64,000 nucleotides of DNA, from the NCBI RefSeq assembly GCF_009914755.1, contig NC_060926.1; one strand, 5' to 3'. Position 1 is the first letter of the stretch. Each line of letters opens with the position of its first letter. This DNA is from the human T2T-CHM13v2.0 reference genome, Homo sapiens. Below the pieces are notes generated by a model. The model saw only the letters and a program-made list of their open reading frames with translations, ran no database searches and was not told where the DNA came from. This document shows, piece after piece, positions 12,271 through 26,830 of the stretch. The position numbers and the translations under genes are program-made.

Positions 12271-12862
12271 ATCTCACTCCTGGCACCATCTGCTCACTTG
12301 ATGTTTTCACTGTGGGGCTGCCCCCGTTGGAGTGAACTCGCCACCACCCACCACCAGGGCCTTTCTCTGTCTGCATCCCGGATGTCTCATGGGTGCCTAT
12401 GGGGCTCGCCATCACCTGCTGAGTGAAGGCGGTGTGGATGGAAGATGAGCGAGCCAGCATGGACAGCCGGTGGTCTGTGGGGACTGAGGAATAAGAAGGT
12501 GACAGTGGGCAGGCTCTGTCAGGGAGGACGGACCAGAGAGCCACAGAGGCTGGCAGGGGCAGCAGAGGGCAGTGGGCTGGGGTCAGGGATCCATGTGCAG
12601 GGACCGATGGGAGGGCTGGGGCAGGCGCACCCAGGAGACTCTGACTTGCCCTCCGAGTGGAGGGCAGCAGCTACAAGGGGAGCAGAAGGAGGGCCCCACG
12701 CCCTGGGCAGCCTGGGCAGAGGAGCAGAGGCAGCCGCAGGTGCTGGCCTCGGGGCGAGGGCAGAGGCACAGTGGAAGGGTCAGATCCTGCAAGGATGTCT
12801 GTGAGGGCCACCTGGCAGGCCCTTGTGCTTCCCATGCTGGTGAGTCCTCGTGCCAAGTGCAG

Positions 12863-13097
12863 GCAATGCCCCAGAGGTGGCAGCTCATCATGGGCCTTGT
12901 GGCAGCCCCGTGGCCATCCGGCCCAGGGGGCAGGATGCAAAATCCTGCCGCCAGGAGTTGGACTGGCATGGGCTGGAGCCCGGCTGGCTGTGTGATCCTC
13001 AACTGCACGCCTGGGTGACCTCACTTGTTTCTGCTGTGAGGACTAAGCTCAAACGCAATGACTTTGAATAAGTGAAGGTGCTCCCTGACGGTTCTGG
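12863..13097 (+). pseudogene. Candidate relic exon (1->2): ...ELDWHGLEPGWLCDPQLHAWVTSLVSAVRTKLKRNDFE*VKVLPDGS
   Basis: Protein-like translation with a single TAA at 13069; GG|gtgagc donor; acceptor weak. Confidence 0.45.
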
Positions 13098-13189
13098 GTG
13101 AGCTGGTGGTGGGGGTTCCCTCTGGAGGCACAGGTGGGACCGGCTCCGTGCCTGTGCTGGGCACACAGTGGGCAGGGCGCACCTCCCCG

Positions 13190-13370
13190 CTGAGGCCACA
13201 TCGCTTCTTCCTCCCTTCCTTGGTGACATCACCAACTCCTCTCTTCCATCACAGCTCCCTCTGCCCTCCTTTATAAGGACAGCTGTGATTCCACTCAGGG
13301 TCCATCCATATAATCCCAGGTCATCTTCCAATCTCAGGACCCTCAACTGTGTCACCTCTGCAGATCCCTC
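13190..13370 (-). mobile_element. MLT1 LTR fragment
   Basis: ttataaggac...tgtgatt...ataatcccagg...atctcaggaccctcaac. Confidence 0.55.
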
Positions 13371-14184
13371 GGCTGCCGGCCTCTCGGCTCCTGAGACCGT
13401 GGCCCAACATGGCACATGGGGACTCAGGGAAAGGGCCTTTCAGGAGCTCTCTAGGGTGGTGTGGGGGGCCAGACGGAGGTGGGGGGACTGAGGGGCTGCT
13501 CCCCAGGAAGTCGTCCCCAACTGAGCCCTGTTGGGGAGCCTGTGGCCGAGGTAAATTTGTCCTGAGCCCCAGGCAGCCTGGTCTCCAGCCACGTGGTCAA
13601 GCCAGGGCCTGGGGTTCTGGAAACTCCAATGGGACCCTTTGGGCTGTGGCAGGAGGGTTGTCTCAGGGAAACAGGGCGATGGGGCTGGAGGCAAAATCCA
13701 TTTTTGTAGGGCTTTAAGTGGCAAATTGAGGAGTTGAAACTGAGGGGTTTGGAAACCAATGGGGATTTTTAAATGAAGACATTTTAGGAGGGTACATCAG
13801 GCAGGGGGCCTCAGAAGGGACTGGAAGGGGAATGCCAGAGGCAGGGAGACCTTAAGGGCTGCTGCGATGTAGGCGAGAGTTGCCAAGGGCTGAGGGCAGC
13901 CATGGTGGAGGAGCAGCAGCTGGAGGGTGTGGCGGCCTGGCAGGAGACACAGTGATGGGGGGCCTGGGTGGGGGGGCATGTGCAAGGTGTGAGTGCAGGC
14001 CCAGCAGAGGCCTGGCAGGAGACACAGACGGGGTGGCTCCGGGTGGGGTGCAAGGTGTGAGTGCAGGTGCAGCACTCACTTTGCCTCTGGACCTCAGATG
14101 CCGGGACCTTGGTCTGTTCAATAATGGGGCAGGACCGGGTGATCACCAAGGTCCCTGAAAGTTCGGAGTTGTTGCTTTTGCCCC

Positions 14185-14560
14185 TGTATTAGCCCATTCT
14201 TGCATTGCTACAAAGTAATACCTGAGACTGGGTAATTTATAAAGAAAACAGGTTTATTTGGATCCCAGTTCTGCAGGCTGAACAGAAAGTGTGGCGCCGA
14301 CATCTGCTTCTGGTGAGGCTTCAGGAAGTTTCCAATCATGGTGGAAGGGGAGCCAGAGAAAGAGAGGGCAGAAGCACCACACTCTTAAACAACCATATTT
14401 CCCGTGGACTCCCAGAGTGAGAACACACTCACGTGGGAAGGGAAGCCATTCATGAGGGATCCACCTGCATGATTCAGCACCTCCCACCAGGCCCCGCTTC
14501 CAACATTGGGATCACATTTCAACATGAGATCTGGAGGGGACACACATCCAAACCACATCA
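14185..14560 (-). mobile_element. MSTB-like solo LTR
   Basis: TGTATTAG...ACATCA termini with 5-bp TSD GCCCC. Confidence 0.9.
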
Positions 14561-14990
14561 GCCCCATTTGCTGAGAAGCGACCACGTGCCAGGCCCAGTG
14601 CAGCCTCCTCGTGTGCACGCCTCGTTTAGATGGGACCACAGCCCTGCCAGGTGAACAGTGTTACCCGATTTACAGATGAGCAGACCGAGGACCAGAGAAG
14701 CCCCGGCAGCTGCTCCAGCTGGTGATGGAGTGTTTGGGGCCGAGATTCACACTCCGTGCAGGACACCACGGTCTACTTGTGCTCGTGTCTCTGAATGTGA
14801 GAGAGGGAGAGACATCCCAGGGCAGCGGGACCAGGGCAAGAGGGAGCAGAGGGAGTTCCAGCTTCCCTGGCACCAGCGTTTCCCAGCCGCCCTGCATCTT
14901 GGCTTCACGGAAGGAGCCCTTCTGCGAGGCCCACCTCTTCTCCCTCCCTGCAAATGCCGTGGGTCAAGGCCAGCTCGGTCTTGTTTCAAG

Positions 14991-15111
14991 AAGTAAAGCA
15001 ATAATGCTCCTCCGAAGCTGACTGGGGGGAGCAGCAGCAGTGCAGCAGGTGGAGCTGCGAAAGGGGAGCTCTCGGGGTCCTAGACAAGCACCCCGAGTCT
15101 GGGGTCTCCAG
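14991..15111 (+). pseudogene. Candidate relic exon (2->0): SKAIMLLRS*LGGAAAVQQVELRKGSSRGPRQAPRVWGLQ
   Basis: cttgtttcaag| acceptor, CAG|gtgagc donor, one TGA at 15019; phases match both neighbours. Confidence 0.45.
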
Positions 15112-15569
15112 GTGAGCCCCTGCAAGGCCAGCCTTGGACTAGTGGCACGTGGGGCGAGTTTTATTCTTCCTTCACAAGCGGTCACCAGGGCTGGCAAAAT
15201 GTTGCACCACAAGGCTGCTGGCCAGCTAGGTGTCCTCCACTCACCAGACTCTCGGAATTTGCGAGGTCCTCCGTTGCTAATAACAATAGGCCTGATTTGT
15301 TGAGAGCCCGCCTGTGCCAGCCTGCGCCTCACACAATTATTATCTGCGTTTTGCGCCAGTGAAAGCTGTGGCTGTGAGAAGTCAGAGTCGCATGGAGAAT
15401 ACGTGGAGCTGTGGGATTTGAACCTTGGACAGTGCCAGGGCAGTGCCCTGGCCCTCTGCCCTGCAGGAGCCCCTCGGCTGCCAGTAGCCTGAGATGCCTG
15501 CTGCCGGGCACCATGGCCTGCCACTGACAGTTCCGGATGGAGAACTGACTTGAGTTTGTGTCTCTACAG

Positions 15570-15669
15570 ATCCAGAGACGCGACCTGTCCAAGCTTTCCA
15601 CTGGAGAGAGGAACGCTGAGGCTGGGTCCGTGCTGGGGCTGGGTCCGTGCTGAGGCTCACAGTCAAACG
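15570..15669 (+). pseudogene. Candidate relic exon (0->2) frameshifted by a 17-bp tandem duplication: IQRRDLSKLSTGERNAEAGSVL[dup]RLTVK
   Basis: tttgtgtctctacag| acceptor; duplicated GGCTGGGTCCGTGCTGR at 15620-15653; CG|gtacca donor. Confidence 0.45.
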
Positions 15670-15819
15670 GTACCACCTGCATCGGTGCTTTCCACACCTG
15701 ATCTCTCTTGAGCCTCATGACAACTATTATCCACTTGAAGAGGGGGAAACTGAGGCTTAGAAAGCTCAAGCACCCTGCCAAAAGCCATGGGGGGAGCGAG
15801 AACTCCCATACAGGACTTC

Positions 15820-16803
<984 letters not shown>

Positions 16804-16859
16804 TGAACCCGGGAGAACTGGGGAGGAGGCAGCAAGGCCCACGGGGCCAGCGGGACCTG

Positions 16860-17062
16860 GGGAGTCAGGCACTGTCATTTACTTGTGGGACTTGGATACG
16901 GTCCTCAGCCTCTCTGAGCCTAGGTTTCCTCATGTGTAGAATGGGGATCATAATACTGACACTGTAGGGTTGTTGGGGAAATAAAATGAGGCTAAAATAC
17001 ATGAAATTTGATTAAAGAAATTATATGACATGCCTGGCAAGAGGTAGACATGCAATAAATAT
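16860..17062. mobile_element. MIR
   Basis: cctctctgagcct...tttcctcatgtgtagaatggggat core. Confidence 0.7.
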
Positions 17063-17614
17063 GAATAACCTTTCCTAATAGCAGGAAGCTATCTATGGAG
17101 AGAGCCCAGGGCTCTGAGAGGCCTGCTGTAGCATATTTTTAAGCAAGATAAAAATGTATTTCTCATTTCAGTAAAAGTCTACCGGTAAACAGTCCGGGGC
17201 TGGTGGTGTGGTAAATCTGCGGGGACCCAGGCCCCTTCTCTCCTGCTGCTTCACCATCCTCAGCAGGAAGCTTTCACCTCATGGCCCAATGTGGCTGCCA
17301 TGCTTCAGCCACTGTGTCCTATTTCCAGCTAGCAGAAGGGAGGAAGGGTTCTCTTTAAAGCACACTTCCTGGGAGTTACATGTAACACACTGGGTTACAG
17401 ACCTTTGGATAGAATTTGTCGCATGGTCCCACCCAGCAACAAGGAATTCTGAGGAACGTGGTCTTTATTCCAGCAGCCGTGTGTCCAGATAAAATTGATG
17501 TCCTATCGCTAAGGACGAAGGGAAGGACTATTGGGGGAAATCAGGCCACCTCTGCCCCACTGTCCCATTTGACAGGTTGCCAGTGGGCTAAAGGGATAAT
17601 GCACATAAAACTCC

Positions 17615-17908
17615 TTTTCTTCTTTTTTTGAGGCAGAGTCTTGCTCTGTCGCCCAGGCTGGAGTGCAGTGACACGATCTCAGCTCACTGCAACCTCCGCC
17701 TCCAGGTTCAAGCAATTCTCCTGCTTCACCCTCCTGAGTAGCTGGGACAACAGGTGCATGCCACCAAGCCCGGCTAATTTTTTGTATTTTTAGTAGAAAC
17801 GGGGTTTAACCGTGTTAGTTGGGATGGTCTCAATCTCTTGACCTCGTGATCCACCCACCTCAGCCTCCCAAAGCGCTGGGTTACAGACGTGAGCCACTGT
17901 GCCCGGCC
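17615..17908 (-). mobile_element. Alu
   Basis: Antisense dimer. Confidence 0.95.
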
Positions 17909-17919
17909 ACAAAAAACTC

Positions 17920-18237
17920 TTTTTTTTTTTTTTTTTTTTTTTTTGAGATGGAGTCTTGCTCTGTCGCCCAGGCTGGTGTGCAGAGTGCAGCGGCACGATC
18001 TTGGCTCACTGCAAGCTGCAAGCTCCGTCTCCTGGGTTCACACCATTCTCCTGCCTCAGCCTCCCGAGTAGCTGGGACTACAGGCACCCACCACCACGCC
18101 CGGATAATTTTTGTATTTTTAGTAGAGACGGGGTTTCACCGTGTTAGCCAGGATGGTCATGATCTCCTGACCTCGTGATCTGCCCGCCTCGGCCTCCCAA
18201 AGTGCTGGGATTACAGGCGTGAGCCACCGTGCCCGGC
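17920..18237 (-). mobile_element. Alu (AluY/Sc-like) with internal 7-nt duplications
   Basis: Antisense dimer, TSD CCACAAAAAACTCTT. Confidence 0.95.
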
Positions 18238-18517
18238 TGCCACAAAAAACTCTTAACAGAGAGGCTGCACTAAGGGCTTGGCCAGCTGACCCCTTCACTG
18301 TTCTGGTAAACAGTCCTGTGTCCTGGAAGAGTCTCTTCCCCATGAGGCACGGGTGCTTCCAAATACCTTGTGTCTGACCTGCTTGGCCAGCTCAGTGGTG
18401 AAAGGTGCGGGATGCAGGGAGGAAGTGGGGTTTTGATTTTGATATGTATTTGGGAGTGGGGATTTACCTTGTGCTCAACACCATGGATAACTTAACCTCC
18501 TGAAAAATTTAGGCTTA

Positions 18518-18843
<326 letters not shown>

Positions 18844-19328
18844 TGAATCAATAATTTTGTTTTTGGATAATGTCTGAATGGGAAAATTCAGAGAACATTA
18901 TGCTGTTTAAAAAAAAAAACAAACTCAGGATACAAAACAGTAGGTGGTGTGGCCCCAGTTATGACTACCTTTAAAACTTACTTTTATATGCTGCAAAGAA
19001 TCCAGAAGATAATCACAAAACATCTACCCAGATGTGTGATTATGAGTGATCTTTGTCTTCTTTATTCAACTTTTTTTGATTTTCCTAGTTTCTCATGAGC
19101 ATGGATTCCTTTCATAATCATAGAAAGCGGGGCAAAGGATATAGATCTGAGTGTTCAGGAAAATAGTATCAAGATGGCCAGGTGAGGCAGGAGAGGGGCC
19201 TGCACTTCTTCCTGAGTGGCTTCCAGGATTGGCACAGACCCCCAGGAACTCAACTGCACCTCGAGCCCGCTGGAAAATGAGCACAGCGGCTTCAGGTCAT
19301 GGGAGGCCCCAGCGGGGGGAACGTGTGA

Positions 19329-20009
<681 letters not shown>

Positions 20010-20798
20010 TAAATGGGCTGTTTGGCCCACTGGACGTTGCTGTGAGCAATGTCTGTTTCTGGAGACCGCCACAGCTGCAGCCCTCCTCCTTGAGGCCTTT
20101 GCTCTGCCCTCTCCCTTGGGAGGGGGTTTCTCATTTATTCTTCCCCCAGGGCCTCTTGGGCAGGGCCTGTAGAGAAGGATGCAGATGGCTTTGCTGGGTG
20201 ACCTGGAAACTGGGGGAGTGGATGATGCTCAGATGCCAGTCAGGCCAAGAACAAGGAACCAAGGAGGGCCAGGCTCTGGTCCCAGCTCCAGGCCTCAGTC
20301 TCCTGACCTGTACAATGGAAGGGTTGGGCTCTGCTTTCAGAGCTCTTCACTGGGACTGCAGGGACTTGGGGTGCCCTGCTACTGACAGGCACTGAGAGGC
20401 TGAATGGAGGCTATAGGCACAGAACAGGCTCACCAGCCCGGCTCGCTCAGGGCTGCTCACTCAGCTCCCTTTAATCAGATCTGCTTGCTTGCCCGTTCCC
20501 AATCTACTTCTTATCTAAGCGTCTCCAAGCCGCAAGAGCATGCTCCTTCCCGAAGCTGATTCGTGGCCTGAGTCACCTCATGTTCCCTCCCAGATGTGTG
20601 ACTAGGCCTGGCTCCCCGCTGGTGGCCTCAGTGGTGTGTCCCTCAGGGAGGCAGAAAATGGGGTCTCACTGGGGAGTTCTGGGTCTTTGGCTGGAGTTGG
20701 GCTGAAGAGGAAGCAAGCTGATGGGGACAGATCCCAGAGGACCTGGAATGCAGAGCCACCATGGCTCTGAGAATTATTACTAGAAGAGGCACCTCCCA

Positions 20799-20925
20799 GG
20801 CCAGGTATGGTGGGGCGCACCCATAGTCCCAGCTCTGCTGGAGGCTAAGGTCGGCGCAGGAGGTGGGGGATACTATTTGAGCCCAGGAGCTCAAGAACAG
20901 CCTGGGCAACACAGCAAGACGAAAT
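20799..20925 (+). mobile_element. Alu monomer (FLAM/FAM-like)
   Basis: ggccaggtatggtgg...tagtcccagct...ttgagcccaggag...cagcctgggcaacacagcaagac. Confidence 0.75.
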
Positions 20926-21062
20926 AGAGGGTTTAGATGAAAAGGGTGGGGCCGGCACTCCCAGCAGCCCGCAGAACACCATCCCCTCACTCCCCGCTTG
21001 CATCAGCCTGGGAAGATTCTTGCTTGCATGTTTACTATTTTTTCTAATTACAAAAAGAAGGC

Positions 21063-21370
21063 GGCCTGGTGCGGTGGCTCACGCCTGTAATCCCCGCACT
21101 TTGGGAGGCCGAGGCAGGTAGATCACCTGAAGTCAGGAGTTCGAGACCAGGCTGGCCAACATGGCGAAACCCCGTCTCTACTAAAAATACAAAAATTAGC
21201 TGGGCGTGGTGGCACTCACCTGTAATCCTAGCTACTCAGGAGGCTGAGGCAGGAGAATTGCTTGAACCCGGAGGAGGAGGTTGCAGTGAGCTGAGATGTC
21301 ACCATTGCACTCCAGCCTGGGTGACAAGAGTGAAACTCCATCTCAGAAGAAAAAAAAAAAGACAAAAAAA
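21063..21370 (+). mobile_element. Alu (AluSq/Sx-like)
   Basis: Full dimer with A tail. Confidence 0.95.
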
Positions 21371-21642
21371 GAATGCTTCAATCACAGGGTTTTTGTTGAG
21401 CTAATATGATCCCTTCTTGCCAGTTTAAGAAGAGAGATATTTATCACAGGGTACTGGCTGACACATCTGGCTTCTGGTTTGCATGCGATCTAGCCTCCTT
21501 GTCCCTTCCCCGTCATCCTTCAGGACTGAGCCCAGGCGGTTCTGCAGCGCAGCTGGGAGCCCATCAGGCAGGTGCTGGCATCAGCTGGTCATACACAGCC
21601 GTCCTGAAACCCGGCTCAGATTTCTCCTCCCTGGTCTCCTGG

Positions 21643-22081
21643 TGTTTTGGGCTGAATTATATCCCCCTGAAAAAGAACCATTTGAAGTCCTAACCCCTAG
21701 TACCTCCGAATGCAATTCTCATTTGGATTAAGCTCATTACAGAAGTAATTTGTTGGGATGAGTTCATACTGGAGTAGGTTGGGCCCCTAATTCCATATGA
21801 CTGGTGTCCTTAGAAGAAGAGGAGATACAGACATGCAGGGAGACAGAAGCAGGGACGGCAGTGACGCGCCTGTGGCCCAAGGAATGCTGAGGACTGCTGG
21901 CCACCACTGGGCACTGAAAGGCAGTGAGGGACTCTCCCTCACAACTTCAGAGGGGGCGTGGCCCTGCTGACACCTTGATTTTGGACTTCGAGCCTCCAGA
22001 ACTGAGACAATATACATTTCTGTTGTTTAAGACTCCTAGTTTGTGGCACTTTCTGATGACAGCCCTAGGGAATGAAGATAC
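21643..22081 (+). mobile_element. MLT1B/C-like MaLR LTR
   Basis: tgttttgggctgaatt...ccctgctgacaccttgattttggacttc...cagccctagg. Confidence 0.85.
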
Positions 22082-22840
22082 TTGGCCATAGGGACCCTCT
22101 GGTAGGACATGAGGGTCAGCTTTGCTGGGCAGCCTGGGAACCTGGGGGTGGGTGGATGGTGCTCACAGGTGCCAGTTAGGCCAAGACCGAGGGGCCGGGG
22201 AGGGCGGTGCAGCGAGGGGAGGGGAGTGAGAGCCAGCTTACCTGTGCCTTCAGGACCTTCTCAAGCACAGCCGTGTACATGCCACCTCCCTGATGACTAA
22301 CTGCGGCCGAGCACACCCAGCCTGTGACTCCCTGGCTCACACAAGGCTCAGTTCGAGATGCATAGCTTGTGATCGTGGTCACTTGGTGTCCCTGTGGTTG
22401 ATGTTTAGCCTCGGAGATGTTTGTGAAGTGCATAGTTTCTTGCTGATGAGAGTGTGGCTTTGCTCTGTCGCCTGGCACCTGTGCTGTGATGCCTTCACAG
22501 GGGCTGGTCTCGGACCCCCCACTGCAGAGCTCCTGGCTCTGCGGGACCATCAGCTCCCAGCTGGTTCTGCTCACCCCTGGGTCCTGCTGCCCGTCTCAGT
22601 CACACGCCCACCCTTCCCTTTGAAATCAGAGGGCCCATTTCAATGGCCGTAGATCCTACAGCTGTCCTGGCTTAGGACAGTTACACGCACACTGACTCCA
22701 GAATGTTGAAAAACTGTACCATAAAACGGCACTGACTTTGCTATAGTTGCACCATAGTAATAAAATCTGTCCATTCTAAAATTATTCCTTTCTTCCTAAG
22801 CCTAATAGCCTCAAATCCATTCTCACATATATTCCCCAAG

Positions 22841-23146
<306 letters not shown>

Positions 23147-23263
23147 GACATATTCCCCAAGTTTTTGACAAAATACATTGGCAAATATTGCTTTTTGGGA
23201 GGCATACTCCTCCTATCTCCAAAAGTGGGTACTTACCGGCTCCTGCGTCCTGCTGGGTGACAG

Positions 23264-23470
23264 GTCTAAAGGCAATGGGTGCGCTGTGCACAAGGTCTCC
23301 AGCTCACCAGACAGGAAGAAGGGGCTGCTTTCGTTTGCAAAGGCAGCTCTGTGGGCTTTGGGGGTTGGGAATCAGTGAGGTGAACATTCCCGAAGTCCTG
23401 GATACAATCCGAAGGCTCCGGCTGGTTGCCAACAATGCCATAGCATTTCAATCAGAGACCTGGAGGGGCT
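23264..23470 (+). pseudogene. Candidate relic exon (2->1) with one frameshift: [68 protein letters not shown]
   Basis: T|gtgagt donor; two protein-like half-frames join at a G-run near 23360-23370. Confidence 0.55.
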
Positions 23471-24456
23471 GTGAGTTTGCCCTGTGTTGAAACCAGACTC
23501 GGCTCGGGTTGTAAGTTGCATCAGTCCAGAGACTCTGACTACAAGCTCTCTGGCTGGTTCTGTTTCTATGCCTTGAGCCTGCGGTTTTCCTTCTGTAAAC
23601 CCCCACTGACACTGGGACCTGCTGCCCCACAACCCGCACATGCTTCACCCCATGGCAAGCAGCCAGCCACACCCAGGGCTTCATGGGGCTTCACTCCTGG
23701 TGAGCACTGGCCACAGCCCTGTGACTTTCTCCACCACATGCCAAGGAAAGCTCCCATCTTCTAATGCCAGCTGGGCACTGGGCCCTCGCTGCCTGTGAAC
23801 CCAATAGTAAGGATGGCCCGTCTCAGGTCCTGTCCTCTTGAGGGTTCGATGCCAGCAGTCATTTCTGCTGCAAAAAGCCTGTCTTGCTCAGAGTGACCCT
23901 GCTGTAAAGAGCCAGGAGCCAAACTCGATGCCACTAACCAAGAGAAACACCCTTGGGAGACACCGAGGGGATTCTAAAGGAAATCCCTCCTCACCCCACT
24001 TAGAATGCAGGGTTGAGACCCCAGTACAGACCTCACAGCTGCCCCATATGACCCAGCATCTGGGTCCCAGGATCCAGGCCCCCAGCACATGGCTGCCACC
24101 TCATGCTCTTCTCTTGCGCCTTCTAGGTCCCATTGAGGGCGGAAGCTCACCCCGACATAGGCCGAGGTGGCCTTGGGGTGTAGAGAGCAGGTGGCCTGCC
24201 CGACTGGGGATGGGAGTTTGCTTTGTGGAGGAAGGAGAATGGGAGCCAGCCGTTGGGAGCAGGCTGATGTTAGACAGGAGGGAGAGCGAGGACTTCTTGG
24301 CAGGGCCTTTCCCACCGCAGGGGGCACCTAGAGGCCCCCACCTGCCACAGGGCGCAGGCCCTCCTCACCCCTCTGTCTGCTGCTTCGGGCTCCACAGCTC
24401 CACAGTGCCTCCCGTGTGACTGGGCCAGGGCTTGATCTTCACCTCCTCTGTCATAG

Positions 24457-24615
24457 ATGGTCTGCAGGACAATGATGATTCATTCTTCAACACATGCGTC
24501 AGAGCCTGGGACACACGACGCTCAAAGAATGTGACTTCCTTTTTAGGCCCCAGGCCCTCGACCTCCACGACCCACTGCTCTGGGGCTCTGATTCTGCATC
24601 TCCCTTTTTCCACGT
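24457..24615 (+). pseudogene. Candidate relic exon (phase-1 start, probable frameshift): GLQDNDD/FILQHMRQSLGHTTLKECDFLFRPQALDLHDPLLWGSDS
   Basis: cttcacctcctctgtcatag| acceptor; phase matches the previous exon; 3' end not resolved. Confidence 0.5.
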
Positions 24616-24759
24616 GGTCCCTGTACTCTGCTCTGGGGGTCTCCAGCCAGGCCCTGCCCTCCTCCCAGCCGCCTGGGAGGTTCTTCACTCCCGTTTCTCA
24701 GACAGCCCCAAAAGCACCCATTCTGAGTTCAAGCAGGATACCATACAGAAAGAGCTGTC

Positions 24760-25095
24760 TTTGGAGTTAGGCAGACGTGGGTTCAGGTTCTGGCTCTGTT
24801 TCCACTTGCTGGCATTGCCCCTTGGGCAATTAGATCCCTAACCTCTCTGACCTTCCATGGTGTCACCTGTAAAAGAGAGGAGAATGATAGTAATAGGGAT
24901 TGTTGTGAAAAAGAAACGCAACTGCGCCTGTAAGGTACCAGTCATAATCCTAACAAAAGCCAAGCACCTTGTATGGATTATCTCATTTAATCCTCAAAGC
25001 AACTCTGCCCATTGTACAGGTGAAGAAATGAGACTTCAGCAGCTTCTCCTGGTAGAGGCTGGATTCTCACCTGGGCGGTTCGGCCCCAGGACCTC
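24760..25095. mobile_element. MIR fragments (two orientations)
   Basis: cttgggcaatt...cctctctga and tctcatttaatcctca...aggtgaagaaatgag cores. Confidence 0.6.
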
Positions 25096-25131
25096 CATTC
25101 ACAATGACCGCACTGTCATTCCCACATCTAG

Positions 25132-25290
25132 GTAACACTTCCAATGAGAGAAGTGCTTCCTTTTTCTGTCCTATTGGGCTTTATGTCACTGACGTCGCAG
25201 ACCCTTCCTGGGTCCCAGTCATGCCCCACCAGGTCCAGGCAGTGCTCGGTGGCAGAAGCCTGGGCAGAGTGCGGAGGGCAGATGGGACCG
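25132..25290 (+). pseudogene. Candidate relic exon (phase-1 start): NTSNERSASFFCPIGLYVTDVADPSWVPVMPHQVQAVLGG
   Basis: cattcccacatctag| acceptor, open frame; 3' end not resolved. Confidence 0.5.
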
Positions 25291-25653
25291 GCTCCTGCCG
25301 CACTTCCAGCGTCTTCCGGCCTCTGTGGCCTGGCTCCAGGCTCTGCCTTGAAGGAGCAGGGCGCTCTTGGTTGCTGGCCTGCACTGGCCCCATGCTGGAA
25401 TTCACTTGATGTTCTCAATACTCCTGAGAGACACGGAAGGCAGGGACACTATCCCAGCACACATGGGCGAACCCAAGGCTCAGAGAGCTGCAGGGCCCTG
25501 CCAAGGTCACACAGCTGGGAAGAACCGAAAGCCCTGCCCGCCCAGGCGTGGTCACTCGGCATCTGCTGGCGTGGGAACCTGAAATGGGTTTCCGGCCAGG
25601 CCTTCACACTGGGATCACCCAGGAAGCAGGTTCTCTGACACTAAATCAGGATC

Positions 25654-26830
25654 TCGGGGGATCCTGTGTATTGGGGTGTTTCGGGGATCCTGTGTATTGG
25701 GGTGTTTCGGGGGGTCCTGTGTATTGGGGTGTTTCGGGGGATCCTGTGTATTGGGGTGTTTCGGGGATCCTGTGTATTGGGGCGTTTCGGGGGGTCCTGT
25801 GTATTGGGGCGTTTCGGGGATCCTGTGTATTGGGGCGTTTCGGGGATCCTGTGTATTGGGGCGTTTCCGTGGGTCCTGTGTATTGGGGCGTTTCGGGGGA
25901 TCCTGTGTATTGGGGTGTTTCGGGGATCCTGTGTATTGGGGTGTTTCGGGGATCCTGTGTATTGGGGTGTTTCGGGGATCCTGTGTATTGGGGCGTTTCG
26001 GGGGGTCCTGTGTATTGGGGCGTTTCGGGGGGTCCTGTGTATTGGGGCGTTTCGGGGATCCTGTGTATTGGGGCGTTTCGGGGGGTCCTGTGTATTGGGG
26101 CGTTTCGGGGGATCCTGTGTATTGGGGCGTTTCGGGGGATCCTGTGTATTGGGGTGTTTCGGGGATCCTGTGTATTGGGGTGTTTCGGCGGGTCCTGTGT
26201 ATTGGGGTGTTTCGGGGATCCTGTGTATTGGGGTGTTTCGGGGGATCCTGTGTATTGGGGTGTTTCGGGGGATCCTGTGTATTGGGGTGTTTCGGGGACC
26301 CTGTGTATTGGGGTGTTTCGGGGGGTCCTGTGTATTGGGGTGTTTCGGGGATCCTGTGTATTGGGTTGTTTCGGGGGATCCTGTGTATTGGGGCGTTTCG
26401 GGGGGTCCTGTGTATTGGGGCGTTTCGGGGGATCCTGTGTATTGGGGCGTTTCGGGGGGTCCTGTGTATTGGGGCGTTTCGGGGGGTCCTGTGTATTGGG
26501 GCGTTTCGGGGGATCCTGTGTATTGGGGCGTTTCGGGGGATCCTGTGTATTGGGGCGTTTCGGTGGGTCCTGTGTATTGGGGTGTTTTGGCGGGTCCTGT
26601 GTATTGGGGTGTTTTGGCGGGTCCTGTGTATTGGGGTGTTTCAGCGGATCCTGTGTATTGGGGTGTTTGGGCGGGTCCTGTGTATTGGGGTGTTTGGGCG
26701 GGTCCTGTGTATTGGGGTGTTTTGGGGGGTCCTGTGTATTGGGGTGTTTTGGGGGGTCCTGTGTATTGGGGTGTTTGGGTAGATCCTGTGTATTGGGGTG
26801 TTTCAGCAGATCCTGTGTATTGGGGTGTTT
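25654..26830. repeat. G-rich VNTR, 26/27-bp unit CCTGTGTATTGGGGYGTTTCGGGG(G)RT, about 44 copies
   Basis: Directly visible; copy number estimated from length and period. Confidence 0.97.

Noticed and set aside
11366-12301. 311-aa Pro/Gln-rich ORF
   Set aside because: Derived from the C-rich minisatellite.
23810-23860. GGTTCGATGCC B-box suggesting a tRNA
   Set aside because: No cloverleaf or matching A-box and acceptor stem.
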